From a virus (Duplodnaviria > Caudoviricetes), in IMG/VR virus record IMGVR_UViG_3300011116_000623, positions 1 to 57,194 of that record: a DNA stretch of 57,194 nucleotides, one strand, 5' to 3'. Shown one piece after another: positions 1 to 9,445 of the stretch (its first letter is position 1; every line of letters begins with the position of its first letter). The position numbers and the translations under genes are program-made. Below the pieces are notes generated by a model. That model was not told the DNA's origin, ran no database searches, and saw only the letters and a program-made list of their open reading frames with translations.

Positions 1-538
1 CCACATAGATAGAGCTCTAACTCCTATATCCCCCCGCTTTTAAACATCTCTCTAATAGCCATTTAAAGCCTTTTAAAGCATATTCTAGAGTATATCTATA
101 GATAGATTGACTATTAATTTATCTCTGAATACTATCAATATACTTAAATGAATATACTCATGTAATTGGGCGACCTATTTAAACTCTCCATAATCCTCCA
201 CTTTGCCCCACATATCCCCATATGTACCATATTTGACCCATATTGTCAATAGATTTGCATATAAAAGGCTTATATACATACTATAAATAGTTCAGGGATT
301 CTAGAATATAGCTCGTAAACGAGCAGATTTGCCCACAATTCCTGGAGATTTTCCTAGATAATATATGAATATACTTAGATAAGTATCCTATTTTATTAAA
401 TTCTTCTAAATCTTTCAGGGATTTTAAACATATGGTCGTAAAGGAGAAATTCTGCCCCCAGAAAATATATACAAATGGGACATATACCACAATATGTACA
501 TATAGTACAAATTGGACATATGTCCCAGATGATTGATA

Positions 539-724
539 TTACTTAGATATATATGATATGGTTACTTCTCCACAAAGGGAGTTGTAGCGTTCTTGTTCTG
601 CCGCCTTCTTTGATTTTTCTATCTTCTTCCACTTACGGAAGGAGGCTAGGGCGTAATTCTTGTCCCGTCCCTGAGCTGTCTTCCATTTCTTTGGCTTGCG
701 CTGAGCTGCGCCTACTGGTTTCAT
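539..724 (-). CDS. small basic hypothetical protein (about 61 aa, MKPVGAAQRK...)
   Basis: ORF track gives 539..778. The ATG at 724 overlaps the upstream gene's TAA (TAATG coupling), so it is the more likely start. Confidence 0.55.
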   Translation of the reverse strand: MKPVGAAQRKPKKWKTAQGRDKNYALASFRKWKKIEKSKKAAEQERYNSLCGEVTISYISK

Positions 725-1122
725 TATAGAACCGCCTGGACCTGATTGAATGGGTCCCTGTACTCCTCGTGCAGCCATGAGTACTTGCCTGAATCTGGGG
801 CGGGTTCTGGTAGAGCCTTGATTATATCCTTAGTAGACTTAGGGAGATTAAGATTATTCCACTTATATTTTTTAGATAGGATACTTAGATTAGTATTGAG
901 TTCATTAGATAAGAACAAACCTTCTGATGTTACTCCTTGTTCAAAGTCTGCCTTATATCTTTTGCTATTAAACTTTAAGATATGAGCCAATACTTCGACT
1001 ATCCTATCAATTGTATAATGAGGTTGATTAGATAAGAGATGTGCTAGTATGGCTGGATTAAACCAATGGTCCTCCGCCACATTAGCAAGGTCATCTGCTA
1101 ACTTCTGTTCTCTAGATTTCAT
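724..1122 (-). CDS. hypothetical phage protein
   Basis: 132-aa ORF. Upstream TTGACC-N17-TATAAT promoter (1140-1168) and AGGCGG leader. Confidence 0.7.
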   Translation of the reverse strand: MKSREQKLADDLANVAEDHWFNPAILAHLLSNQPHYTIDRIVEVLAHILKFNSKRYKADFEQGVTSEGLFLSNELNTNLSILSKKYKWNNLNLPKSTKDIIKALPEPAPDSGKYSWLHEEYRDPFNQVQAVL

Positions 1123-1139
1123 ATCCGCCTTTCTAAATC

Positions 1140-1168
1140 ATTATACCAAACAGGGTGGGGAAGGTCAA
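1140..1168 (-). promoter_or_regulatory. housekeeping-sigma-type promoter
   Basis: Minus strand reads TTGACC-N17-TATAAT. Confidence 0.65.
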
Positions 1169-1201
1169 TACCGCTTGGCCCTTGACCCTCCCCAAGATTA
1201 G

Positions 1202-1348
1202 TTACTTAGACTTTACTGGAGTTTCTTTGGTAAACTGTACGCCATTCTTAACAGCTTCTGAGATAGCTTGATTTGCAGCTCCAGAGAAACGTCCACGACG
1301 GCCCACAGTAATGCCCTTGCTTTTTAGGTATTCACGTTTTGTAGTCAT
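1202..1348 (-). CDS. Lsr2-like DNA-binding domain protein, 48 aa (not in ORF track)
   Basis: Translated by hand: MTTKREYLKSKGITVGRRGRFSGAANQAISEAVKNGVQFTKETPVKSK. Resembles the Lsr2 C-terminal R-E-aromatic...G..V..RGR AT-hook motif. SD GAAAGGA at 1354-1360. Confidence 0.65.
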   Translation of the reverse strand: MTTKREYLKSKGITVGRRGRFSGAANQAISEAVKNGVQFTKETPVKSK

Positions 1349-1459
1349 TTTGATCCTTTCATGATCATTTTCATTTTATCATATTTTCGGGGTTTTGTAA
1401 ATAGTTCCGTAAACGAGCTTTGTTGCCCCTATAACCCTGCCGCAAAAAGCGGCAGAATA

Positions 1460-1819
1460 TTATTCTTCTGTATCATCTAACCAAGTATCCTCATCTAAGG
1501 CTACTAGGAAGTTATTATCTATCATCCAATCACGAATAGTTTCTTCAATAATTTCTCCACCAAGATCCATATTCAATCCTAGTTTATCAGTATCTTCCCA
1601 AAACTTATCCCATACTTGTTTAAGGGTAATGCCTTCAGGAACAATCATATCTTCAAATTCACCAGGCTTCTGATAATTTGTGTATATGTCGACAATTATG
1701 TCATATGCCCATAACCACATTAATGAAGGAAATACTGGAAGAGCAGTTATCTTTAATCTAATATCCTCTAGATCTTTAAATACATCATCTCTACGAGTTG
1801 CTTCTTGTAAATCAACCAC
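1460..1819 (-). CDS. acidic hypothetical protein
   Basis: 119-aa ORF in a coupled leftward run. GC hairpin CTGCCGC-AAAAA-GCGGCAG just downstream (1437-1455). Confidence 0.7.
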   Translation of the reverse strand: MVDLQEATRRDDVFKDLEDIRLKITALPVFPSLMWLWAYDIIVDIYTNYQKPGEFEDMIVPEGITLKQVWDKFWEDTDKLGLNMDLGGEIIEETIRDWMIDNNFLVALDEDTWLDDTEE

Positions 1820-2078
1820 GGGCTTTGCTCCTATCAGATATAGCGAATGATAAATTATACGTCATAGCATAGATTTCTGTCAAGGCGTCCATATAGCCTT
1901 GAATATACTGTTTTGTATCGCCTTCAGATATCCCCAATAGAACTTTTTCACATTCATACATTCTATTTTTTAAATGTCCATGCATGATGTCTGTGCCTGA
2001 TTCTCCCATGTCAACAAGTTTTTGAAGACGGGGGTCAAGTTTACTTAAAGATTCATAATCTAAATGCTCATAATTCAT
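1812..2078 (-). CDS. hypothetical protein
   Basis: 88-aa ORF with upstream GGAGG and overlaps to its neighbours. Confidence 0.65.
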   Translation of the reverse strand: MNYEHLDYESLSKLDPRLQKLVDMGESGTDIMHGHLKNRMYECEKVLLGISEGDTKQYIQGYMDALTEIYAMTYNLSFAISDRSKARG

Positions 2079-2229
2079 CTGCTACCTCCAATAGATGTTT
2101 AACTGCATATATCTGTCCTGGTATATCTACTACATTAATAGATTCAGGATTGTCTTGTAAGTCTTGATTAAGACTAATTAAGTATATCTTCATATATTCA
2201 ATTAGTTTATCCGTAGAATGTATTTTCAT
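2068..2229 (-). CDS. small hypothetical protein (53 aa, not in track)
   Basis: Hand-read ORF MKIHSTDKLIEYMK...VADEL fills the gap between coupled genes. Confidence 0.45.
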   Translation of the reverse strand: MKIHSTDKLIEYMKIYLISLNQDLQDNPESINVVDIPGQIYAVKHLLEVADEL

Positions 2230-2374
2230 CTATATACCCTTCTGCTAGTAGGCCTTCGAAGAAATCCCATATGGTTAATAGACCTTGCTTAACGCTAGGG
2301 TCGGTGGCGGAATCAATAGCAACAGTTAAAGCATTACCAAAGTTCTGTATATCTTTATATGTATATCCTAACAT
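2207..2374 (-). CDS. small hypothetical protein (55 aa, not in track)
   Basis: Hand-read ORF MLGYTYKDIQ...FYG with GAGG upstream, overlapping both neighbours. Confidence 0.5.
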   Translation of the reverse strand: MLGYTYKDIQNFGNALTVAIDSATDPSVKQGLLTIWDFFEGLLAEGYIDENTFYG

Positions 2375-2607
2375 TCTATGTAGTATTCCTCTCCTGGCTC
2401 AACCTTCCAATATTCATTAAACCTTTGTTTGACGGAATCATCAGAGCACATATTAGCCATTTCATAATCGGCAATAAACATACCCTCATCTAAATGTCCT
2501 GTTATCCAAGAATCAAATAAATCCTCAGATATCTCTTGAACAACTGCGTCTGTAATATGCTTAGGCATATCATCAAACATGCTAGGTTGATCATTTGAAT
2601 AACCCAT
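2368..2607 (-). CDS. acidic hypothetical protein
   Basis: 79-aa ORF. SD CGAAAGGA and TGTCAG-N10-TATAAT promoter directly upstream. Confidence 0.7.
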   Translation of the reverse strand: MGYSNDQPSMFDDMPKHITDAVVQEISEDLFDSWITGHLDEGMFIADYEMANMCSDDSVKQRFNEYWKVEPGEEYYIEC

Positions 2608-2914
2608 ATATATCCTTTCGCTAGGACCTTAATTATATAACATGCCACTGACATTGTATATAGGATATAGGTGTGTTTCACACCACATGTCCAAGCTGTG
2701 AGATTTCCAGGAAATATATTTGACATCCGTAAAAGAGATATGCTACCCTCAGCTTTTGTGGGCAAAAAGAAACCCCCGTATTAGCTACGGGGGATGGGGA
2801 AGGAAGGGCTGCTAGGACCTCAACGAAAGGAAAAGCCTGCGTTACTTAGCAACTGGACTAGTTGCACCCTTCATAAAATAGGCACCCTGGGCCTGGTAAT
2901 ATTATATCACAATC

Positions 2915-3319
2915 CTAGGTGAGCAGTTTTTCAAACGCATACTTCTCACAGAATGCTGTCAGGTCCATAGTAAATATTGCTTCGTTTCTCATACCTAGAA
3001 CTTTATTTTCTAAATTACGGTGGTCGTCTTGCTCATGCAATGAGAAGGTCTGCTGTTGCCAATTAATAACAGCAATCTTGTGCTCGTTATCTCCAATTGA
3101 ATTTACTTGAAGACCCCAGCCTGTTTCCATATTCCACTGGTCGCCAATCAAATGACTGATAGCAATACGTGTGGCATATGATTCATCATTCCAACGTGGA
3201 CGGGCAGCAATCACAGCATCTGCTAATCTTCCTAGCATATTGTGTCCAGCCCAATGTCCGTATAAACAAATTGTATCGCCTGCTCCATCTACGAATACAA
3301 AGTTTGCTCTGTCTCCCAT
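2915..3319 (-). CDS. hypothetical phage protein (MGDRANF..., LYGHWAG motif)
   Basis: 134-aa ORF with AGGCGG leader. Confidence 0.75.
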   Translation of the reverse strand: MGDRANFVFVDGAGDTICLYGHWAGHNMLGRLADAVIAARPRWNDESYATRIAISHLIGDQWNMETGWGLQVNSIGDNEHKIAVINWQQQTFSLHEQDDHRNLENKVLGMRNEAIFTMDLTAFCEKYAFEKLLT

Positions 3320-3322
3320 ATT

Positions 3323-3520
3323 TTATTCCGCCTTTTCTAGTTGAGGTAGTGCTTCTTCCTTTTTGTCTAATTCTATCATTTCATAGGCCCATTTGTCTAG
3401 GATCTCTGAATTCTTATTTCTGTGATGTCCACAGAATGCTAACTCGCCAGATGTGCTACGAGCCAACCATTTAGCCTGAGCTGAACATTGATCACATTTA
3501 ATCCAGGGTAGGTCTGTCAT
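3323..3520 (-). CDS. small putative Zn-binding protein
   Basis: CDQC...FCGHH metal-ligand pattern. Confidence 0.65.
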   Translation of the reverse strand: MTDLPWIKCDQCSAQAKWLARSTSGELAFCGHHRNKNSEILDKWAYEMIELDKKEEALPQLEKAE

Positions 3521-3663
3521 ATCTTATTGCTCTCAATCATGTCAGCCAGCCTATCAAGAAGCCAGTTATCGATATCGTTAATATCAATCTCCCGTAACTT
3601 CTCCATCATTTCCTCACGGGCAAACTTATACCCATCTTGGAATCCATCCTTATACTCAGACAT
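3517..3663 (-). CDS. small hypothetical protein (48 aa, not in track)
   Basis: Hand-read ORF MSEYKDGFQDGYKFARE...NKI with coupled start/stop overlaps. Confidence 0.55.
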   Translation of the reverse strand: MSEYKDGFQDGYKFAREEMMEKLREIDINDIDNWLLDRLADMIESNKI

Positions 3664-3904
3664 TCAACATCCTATCATATCTGTATGCCAATTCATTATC
3701 AGCATAACTGGTCTCAATTAGAACTTTAAGTTGGTGCTTAGATATTAATCTGCTCACCTTCTCAATGTTACCTGTTCCAATCTCGAAAGTCAAGGCACTG
3801 TAGTCATAATTACTTGGGTCAAGTCCTCCAACCTCAGCGTCCCATACAGAAAACTGGAACGCCTTGGTTGAATTTGCTTTTAACTTATAATACATTAGTT
3901 CCAA
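3656..3904 (-). CDS. hypothetical protein
   Basis: 82-aa ORF. The true start may be the ATG near 3895. Confidence 0.6.
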   Translation of the reverse strand: MELMYYKLKANSTKAFQFSVWDAEVGGLDPSNYDYSALTFEIGTGNIEKVSRLISKHQLKVLIETSYADNELAYRYDRMLNV

Positions 3905-4353
3905 TCCACATCTGTATCTTCAATTAACCATGAGTTAATATCAACTGCGGATGTATTGCTATCTAATGATAGTTCATCACCTAGATAATAATGAGCGTCA
4001 AAGTCTTCAACCTCATCAAGTGGAACATCTATTGTTACTTCAAATGAAATAGTTCCAGTTACAGTAACTTGCTTAGATGGATTAATACCAAAGTATTCGC
4101 ATAGTAAGCGAATTACATCATCTTTGTCATAGTTAGGATTTACCCATTCTATAATTTGCTCTTCAAGACCATCTACCTTATTACGCAGGCTATAGTATTC
4201 AGAGGTACGTTGTCTAGCATTTTCTAGTACCCATTCTAAATCTGTTACTTTTGTAATTGGGAATGTAACAGTGTCTCCATCAATAACCTTGTATTGTACA
4301 AGGGCATTAGGATTATAGGTATCAGGTGTTACGGTTGCTCCATATGTTTCCAT
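3895..4353 (-). CDS. hypothetical protein
   Basis: 152-aa ORF with SD ACGAAAGGA. Confidence 0.75.
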   Translation of the reverse strand: METYGATVTPDTYNPNALVQYKVIDGDTVTFPITKVTDLEWVLENARQRTSEYYSLRNKVDGLEEQIIEWVNPNYDKDDVIRLLCEYFGINPSKQVTVTGTISFEVTIDVPLDEVEDFDAHYYLGDELSLDSNTSAVDINSWLIEDTDVDWN

Positions 4354-4354
4354 G

Positions 4355-5113
4355 TTAGTTTCCTTTCGTTGTGGTAGTGGCTAATTGTACACCATGGGTC
4401 TGACATTGCTTCATTGCTTCCTCATCCTGCCAAGAACCTTGATTACATTCTGAGCAGAATTCACCGCAACCATTATCACAATACTCAATACAATCATAAG
4501 ATTGGCAAGCATAGCAACGATTTTCATATTCTAAGTTTTCTTTAACCTCACCACGGACAATCTCATATTCTCCGCCCCAACCTTGCTCCTCTTCAAATTC
4601 AAGGGTAAGCAAGCAGTTAGGAACAAGATTACTTAGTTTAGTTAATATAGTTACGGCAGGCGACCATGCAGTATTATATTTATATACAAGCCAGTTGTCA
4701 TCACCTTCTGATTCATATTCAAGTAGTTCAGTATCAGGATACTTATCACCGTCTGATACAGCAACATCCCATTTGGTTCCCCAATTAGAATTATTCCATG
4801 AATACCAATCTTTTTGGGTTTTGGCATGTTCAACTGATTTAGCAAACCAGTCAGGATCATTTGTATTTATTTTACTATGATCAGGTTGCTGAACATATTC
4901 CTCCATTGTAATACCATCCTCTAATGGAGAATGTATATTCCAAAATGCAAAGACAGGATTAGAATAAATGGATTCAGTTACTTCCATTTTATTAGTTTCC
5001 ATATTCCAACTGTCATGCCATACAGTAAATGGCTCATTTAGTTTATCTTTAATAAAGTCTATCTCAGACTTAGGACCTTGAATTGTCAAGGTGTTGTATA
5101 CCCAGTTAGGCAT
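4355..5113 (-). CDS. YubB/DUF1281-like ferredoxin-fold protein with C-terminal Cys cluster
   Basis: Family motifs MPNW.., DWY.W...WGTKWD, TAWSP and EE.G..G. Start moved to 5113 because of SD GAAAGGA at 5119-5125. Confidence 0.7.
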   Translation of the reverse strand: MPNWVYNTLTIQGPKSEIDFIKDKLNEPFTVWHDSWNMETNKMEVTESIYSNPVFAFWNIHSPLEDGITMEEYVQQPDHSKINTNDPDWFAKSVEHAKTQKDWYSWNNSNWGTKWDVAVSDGDKYPDTELLEYESEGDDNWLVYKYNTAWSPAVTILTKLSNLVPNCLLTLEFEEEQGWGGEYEIVRGEVKENLEYENRCYACQSYDCIEYCDNGCGEFCSECNQGSWQDEEAMKQCQTHGVQLATTTTKGN

Positions 5114-5271
5114 TTCATTCCTTTCGTTGAATGTCGCAATTGTAGCAGAGTCGAATGACATTATCAAGGATTCTTGGGGTTTTATTTATAGATGCCGTAA
5201 GAGAGCTAGGCTGCCTTCAGCCCTGGGGGCAGCTGGGCCCTATGTGGGGCCCTTTCGGGCCCCGTTAAGGA

Positions 5272-6279
5272 TTAGGCTAGAGCCTTAACCATCTTGAGAA
5301 TTTTATTTTTCTCAGCGGTAATTACAGGATCAAATCCTGAAGCAGCAGCCATTAGCGAATTAGTATTACCAGTTTTAGATGAACGGTAATAATCTAAACG
5401 CTCAGTTAATGCATTAAACGCACCCCAAGCGGTACCCTTAATCATTGAGTTAGTTGGTGAGTTATGATAAAGATCATCAATAACCACAACTTTGTTTTCC
5501 CATACAGTTAAAGCAGCCTTAGTTGCTTGTTCTGGCTTAGGATAAATTGTGCGAATCAAATCTGAAAATTGCTTATCAGTAATTGATTGCTGGAATAATT
5601 CGTTAGCCTGCTTTTGAAATTCATCTGCATATGCAAATGTTAATCCCAATGCTTGACGGGCTTGCACAATTCTGCCTTCGGCAGTTTGTGTGTGGCGAAT
5701 TTTAAATGATTGCTTAGCGGTACGCATTGCAACATTTAGAGTGTTTTGACATACTACACGAACAGGCGTGATCGCTGCCTGAACAGCAACAGAGCCATCA
5801 TGTGATGTCCATACAATTAAATACAACTTAGTTTTATCGTTAACCCCTTGTGGGTCTAATACGATCTCTTTAGGAATATCTAATGAGCCGAATACAATCT
5901 TGCCCTTCTTTAAAGAGCCAGCAGACTCCCATTTAGCAGAATTAGAATCTAGTACATTATCAGCAAATGCAAATAACTCTTCATTCTGAACGGTTTTGTA
6001 TCGCTTGCCAACTACTGACAAAACATCAGTGCCTTGGTCAAATGGATTATCACGAATCACAAAGAAATTATCTGATGTATTTCTCCATGTAGTAGGGATA
6101 TGATCTGCAACATCCGATAAGCGAACATTCCAGTTATTTAACTTTGCTTCTTCAAGCATTGTTTGAGTTGACACATTCTCATCTTGTGAGAATATGCGAT
6201 TAGCAAGATTATGCCAAGCAGGAGCACCACGCAATGCGAATGCCACTTGACCATCTTGCTCTTCTAGATTATGAGCCAT
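5272..6279 (-). CDS. DUF932 / TIGR03299-like phage-plasmid protein
   Basis: Motifs PAWHNL, Y..VQN, ESAGSL..G, SHDGS, TPVRVVCQNTL and IRHT. Start MAHNLE at 6279 behind SD CGAAAGGA. Confidence 0.85.
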   Translation of the reverse strand: MAHNLEEQDGQVAFALRGAPAWHNLANRIFSQDENVSTQTMLEEAKLNNWNVRLSDVADHIPTTWRNTSDNFFVIRDNPFDQGTDVLSVVGKRYKTVQNEELFAFADNVLDSNSAKWESAGSLKKGKIVFGSLDIPKEIVLDPQGVNDKTKLYLIVWTSHDGSVAVQAAITPVRVVCQNTLNVAMRTAKQSFKIRHTQTAEGRIVQARQALGLTFAYADEFQKQANELFQQSITDKQFSDLIRTIYPKPEQATKAALTVWENKVVVIDDLYHNSPTNSMIKGTAWGAFNALTERLDYYRSSKTGNTNSLMAAASGFDPVITAEKNKILKMVKALA

Positions 6280-6358
6280 TTTATCCTTTCGTTTAAGTTG
6301 CCTTATTCTAGCATACTTGACTGACATTTGACAAGATTAGCGTCATTCTTTTCAGGAG

Positions 6359-6390
6359 TTTTCCACAGCTAGCCGTAAGGCTGTGGATAA
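6359..6390. promoter_or_regulatory. inverted pair of DnaA boxes
   Basis: TTTTCCACA (6359-6367) and TGTGGATAA (6382-6390) match TTWTNCACA, 14 bp apart. Confidence 0.6.
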
Positions 6391-6413
6391 CCCCCCACCG
6401 TTGGGGGCGGCGG

Positions 6414-6635
6414 TTACTTAATTAGTCTCCTGGAATCCATTGGATAAAATGCTGCAGCGGTTTTCTTTTTCTTTATTTGATCATATACATATGCTTTAAC
6501 GTTGCCTTTAAATTTTGGCAAGTAAGAGAATAATATTTTAGAAAGAGCTTCTCTCTCTACATTCTCATCTGAATAAATAGTTAAATCGTTTGACTTTATT
6601 TCGTCATACATTTCGATACGGTATCTACTCCGCAT
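6414..6635 (-). CDS. hypothetical protein
   Basis: 73-aa ORF with SD AAAGGA. Confidence 0.65.
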   Translation of the reverse strand: MRSRYRIEMYDEIKSNDLTIYSDENVEREALSKILFSYLPKFKGNVKAYVYDQIKKKKTAAAFYPMDSRRLIK

Positions 6636-6672
6636 TTTGTTCCTTTGTTAGTAGGGATAACTATTTTAACAT

Positions 6673-6698
6673 AGGGGGCTAGATTTTGTCTAGCCCCC
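6673..6698. terminator. GC-rich hairpin, likely terminator overlapping a promoter
   Basis: GGGGGCTAGA-TTTTG-TCTAGCCCCC between two leftward ORFs. Confidence 0.55.
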
Positions 6699-6704
6699 AG
6701 TTAA

Positions 6705-7127
6705 TTACAAGTATCTTGCGATAGCGTTGTAAGTTGAGGTAGAAACTACTTCCTCATCTGTCATCTTGAGGATACGAATAGCATTTTCCAATTCCTCTTT
6801 CATCTCACGATAAGTATGAGTATGGATTACCTCATAATCACGCTCAGGCTCTTTTGGAAAATCTGTTCCATCTGTTGATAGGTCAAAATCAACATTAAGA
6901 GAGTTAGACCATTGACGATAATTAGTGCGTAGGTTTTCTGCTTTGGAAAAGCGGTCAATAGCCCACTTACCAAGTTCCTTCTGCCACTTTTCATGTGCCT
7001 TCTTGTATTTGGCTTCTTTTTCGTCTTGCTTAATATAGTCAGCCTCTACTTGTGCTAACTTTGTTTCTAAGGCTTTAATAACCTTAGCAGTAGCGATTTT
7101 TACGCTGATGGGTTTGCTTCTTGCCAT
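6705..7127 (-). CDS. hypothetical coiled-coil phage protein
   Basis: 140-aa ORF with SD ACGAAAGGA. Confidence 0.75.
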   Translation of the reverse strand: MARSKPISVKIATAKVIKALETKLAQVEADYIKQDEKEAKYKKAHEKWQKELGKWAIDRFSKAENLRTNYRQWSNSLNVDFDLSTDGTDFPKEPERDYEVIHTHTYREMKEELENAIRILKMTDEEVVSTSTYNAIARYL

Positions 7128-7197
7128 TTGTTTCCTTTCGTTAGGTTTATTGGTTGAGCAGTTTTAGTTGTCATGCTCAGGACATTTAGCGTGGTGG

Positions 7198-7356
7198 CTA
7201 ATTCTTTGTAGATACGCTTGTCCAGCGTTCTTTACCATCTACATCTAGCAAAACTCTAGCAGTTCCGCTAGGGTGATTATCTATTGCTTTGATAATCCCT
7301 GTAATACCGCTTTGGGTAGTTGTGTAGGCTTTGCCTACTTCTAGTGTTGTTGTCAT
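7198..7356 (-). CDS. small hypothetical protein (52 aa, not in track)
   Basis: Hand-read ORF MTTTLEVGKAYTTTQSG...WTSVSTKN. SD ACGAAAGGA and promoter 7381-7402. Confidence 0.65.
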   Translation of the reverse strand: MTTTLEVGKAYTTTQSGITGIIKAIDNHPSGTARVLLDVDGKERWTSVSTKN

Positions 7357-7403
7357 TTGTTTCCTTTCGTTTAGGGTTGTATTATAGCACCTGCTACTGA
7401 CAA

Positions 7404-7673
7404 TTAGTAGTCGGTTTCAGGTAGCCACGCTTCTAGGTGATGCGCTTCTATAAGGGCGGATGCGGGTGCTTGATCTCTGCCCTTCCATAGTACGCCTTCA
7501 GGTAGCACGATCATCTTATCGTAGTCCTCCTCATAGTAGGCATCAATAGCCTCTATACAAGGTTGCACCATTGAGGCGGGAACGGGTGGGTAATGATTAC
7601 TTTGTAGGTGTATTAGGATTGCTTGATCTAAGTCAAAACTCTCAGCCAAGTCTAGTGCTGTGTTATATCCCAT
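7404..7673 (-). CDS. hypothetical phage protein (HLQSNHYPPVP motif)
   Basis: 89-aa ORF with GAGGAG SD. Confidence 0.7.
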   Translation of the reverse strand: MGYNTALDLAESFDLDQAILIHLQSNHYPPVPASMVQPCIEAIDAYYEEDYDKMIVLPEGVLWKGRDQAPASALIEAHHLEAWLPETDY

Positions 7674-7949
7674 TTATTCTAACTCCTCTAGTATAGTTTC
7701 TGTTAAGTTATCCATTTCGTTAATTGTATCAATAAGGTCTGACATCTGCGCCTCTGTCAATAAGACTTTGGTAGTTAGGTCTGCCACCTTACTTGCTAAT
7801 GCTACCGAATACATATAGATATATTTAGGGAATTGGCTATCTGTAAGTTCATTTCTACGGGTGTGTAGTTCCCCCGCTAAGCCCATAATTTCCTCATCAA
7901 ATATAGCTTTTTTAGTAGCGTCTGCTACTGCCACCGCTGTTGATAACAT
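7674..7949 (-). CDS. hypothetical protein
   Basis: 91-aa ORF coupled to its neighbours. Confidence 0.65.
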   Translation of the reverse strand: MLSTAVAVADATKKAIFDEEIMGLAGELHTRRNELTDSQFPKYIYMYSVALASKVADLTTKVLLTEAQMSDLIDTINEMDNLTETILEELE

Positions 7950-8155
7950 TATTCCACCACTTTTAATAGAGCGAAAGAATTGTTAGCATTTACCTCATCT
8001 AAAATTGGTTTTAATTTAGGTGCGATTATTGTTTTTAGCATGCCTTCTAGCATAGCAATTTGGCTTTCTTTAGACAAGGCAAGTAGTCGCTTTGCTGTTG
8101 GATCGTTCTCGTCCAGTTCTGTAATAAACTTTAGAGAGTGTTCGATTTGTTTCAT
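7949..8155 (-). CDS. hypothetical protein
   Basis: Start moved to MKQIEH (8155), behind SD ACGAAAGGA and promoter 8181-8202. Confidence 0.65.
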   Translation of the reverse strand: MKQIEHSLKFITELDENDPTAKRLLALSKESQIAMLEGMLKTIIAPKLKPILDEVNANNSFALLKVVE

Positions 8156-8388
8156 TTTTTCCTTTCGTTTGATTAGTGGAATTATATCAGGGCTAACTGA
8201 CATTATTTGCAACACGCCCATATTTTCTAGGGTGATTTATATCACACCCGTAAGGACACGCCCGACCCCGCACACATGTGGGCGCAGCTTCGGCGCTATT
8301 TAAATATAAAATAAAAAAATAATATAAAGGGGGCCGCAATTATCCCAGACAATAGGGCCCCAGTTATTTCACCTAACGTAGTTGCCAT

Positions 8389-9108
8389 TTATTTTTTAGT
8401 AGCAGAAAATCTAATATCTGCTTTTCCATAAACACACAATCCGCAAGATACGCAAGCAGAACCATTAGTAGAAATTAATGGAATGCTTTTATTATTTTCG
8501 GGACATTTAGCGCCAGGCTTACCAATTAATTCTTTCATAGTATTTTCGGTAACGGCAAAAGTCTTTCCTAAATATGCTAATCTAATTTTAGTACCAGTCT
8601 TACGCAGATCATGCGCTATATCCTTATTCTCATCATCCGTAGAATAATAAAGAGATAGATTAGCAATGTTGTCTAGAATAAGCGCAGCAGACTTAACTCG
8701 TGTGTATACCCAAAATTGGATATCTGAATTTTGCAAGATTACATACTGCCATGCACGTGCATAGGTATCATTAAAAAAATCTCCGTCCCAGTGGATACGG
8801 AATAATAATTTAGCATTTTTCTTTTCACAATCTTTTCTAAAATCATTAATCATATTTTCTAATAGGTCTACCATAGTGGGCTCATCAGCGTCTTTTAATA
8901 AATTCCAATTGTGCATGAGCACGTCTCTTACACCTTTATAAACTTTTTCTAATTTGCCAGCATAACACACGCTTTCGCATATACTAGTAGCGCCAGGACA
9001 TGAGAATGCCTTGCCTGCAGGCAGGCCGAATGTATTAGCAATAGCAGGCGTCTTGCCATTTTTAGACACAAGATTAGTAACCTTGCGATCATTAGATCTT
9101 TTTAACAT
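8389..9108 (-). CDS. Gp88-like protein (Cys-rich, radical-SAM-like), probably leaderless
   Basis: Motifs FGLPAG..SCPGAT..C...CYA, FRIH.DGDF, FWVYTR and CVSCGLC. ATG 9108 lies 7 nt after the -10 hexamer with no SD. Confidence 0.7.
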   Translation of the reverse strand: MLKRSNDRKVTNLVSKNGKTPAIANTFGLPAGKAFSCPGATSICESVCYAGKLEKVYKGVRDVLMHNWNLLKDADEPTMVDLLENMINDFRKDCEKKNAKLLFRIHWDGDFFNDTYARAWQYVILQNSDIQFWVYTRVKSAALILDNIANLSLYYSTDDENKDIAHDLRKTGTKIRLAYLGKTFAVTENTMKELIGKPGAKCPENNKSIPLISTNGSACVSCGLCVYGKADIRFSATKK

Positions 9109-9137
9109 GGGGATAATTATAGCAGGCGAGGGTGACA

Positions 9138-9293
9138 TTATAAGTCACCCATCTCAGCATCCGCCATGCGTGTCATAGCCCAATCTTGAGCTAAATCACG
9201 ATCATATACGGCCATGCCTTCCGTAGTATAGCCACGGGCACAAATTGTGCAAATAGAGTGATTAGTACAGTAGCATGAATTGATATCGTTCAT
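9138..9293 (-). CDS. small Cys-rich hypothetical protein
   Basis: Start MNDINSCYC behind SD CGAAAGG and promoter 9320-9341. Confidence 0.55.
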   Translation of the reverse strand: MNDINSCYCTNHSICTICARGYTTEGMAVYDRDLAQDWAMTRMADAEMGDL

Positions 9294-9445
9294 TAGTTGA
9301 CCTTTCGTTAAGTAATGGAATACTAACAGATCACACTGACATTTACAAATCGACACGCCGCAGATTTCGGGGGATTTTTTTAATGTGGCGTAAATCACAA
9401 AATGCCCCCACAGCATATGTGGGCGCCGAACATTTGTTCTAATAA

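Noticed and set aside
281-490. Track ORF 281..490, and also 2502..2765 and 5091..5288
   Set aside because: They run through motif-dense regulatory spacers or overlap better-supported genes, and lack convincing SD or protein features.
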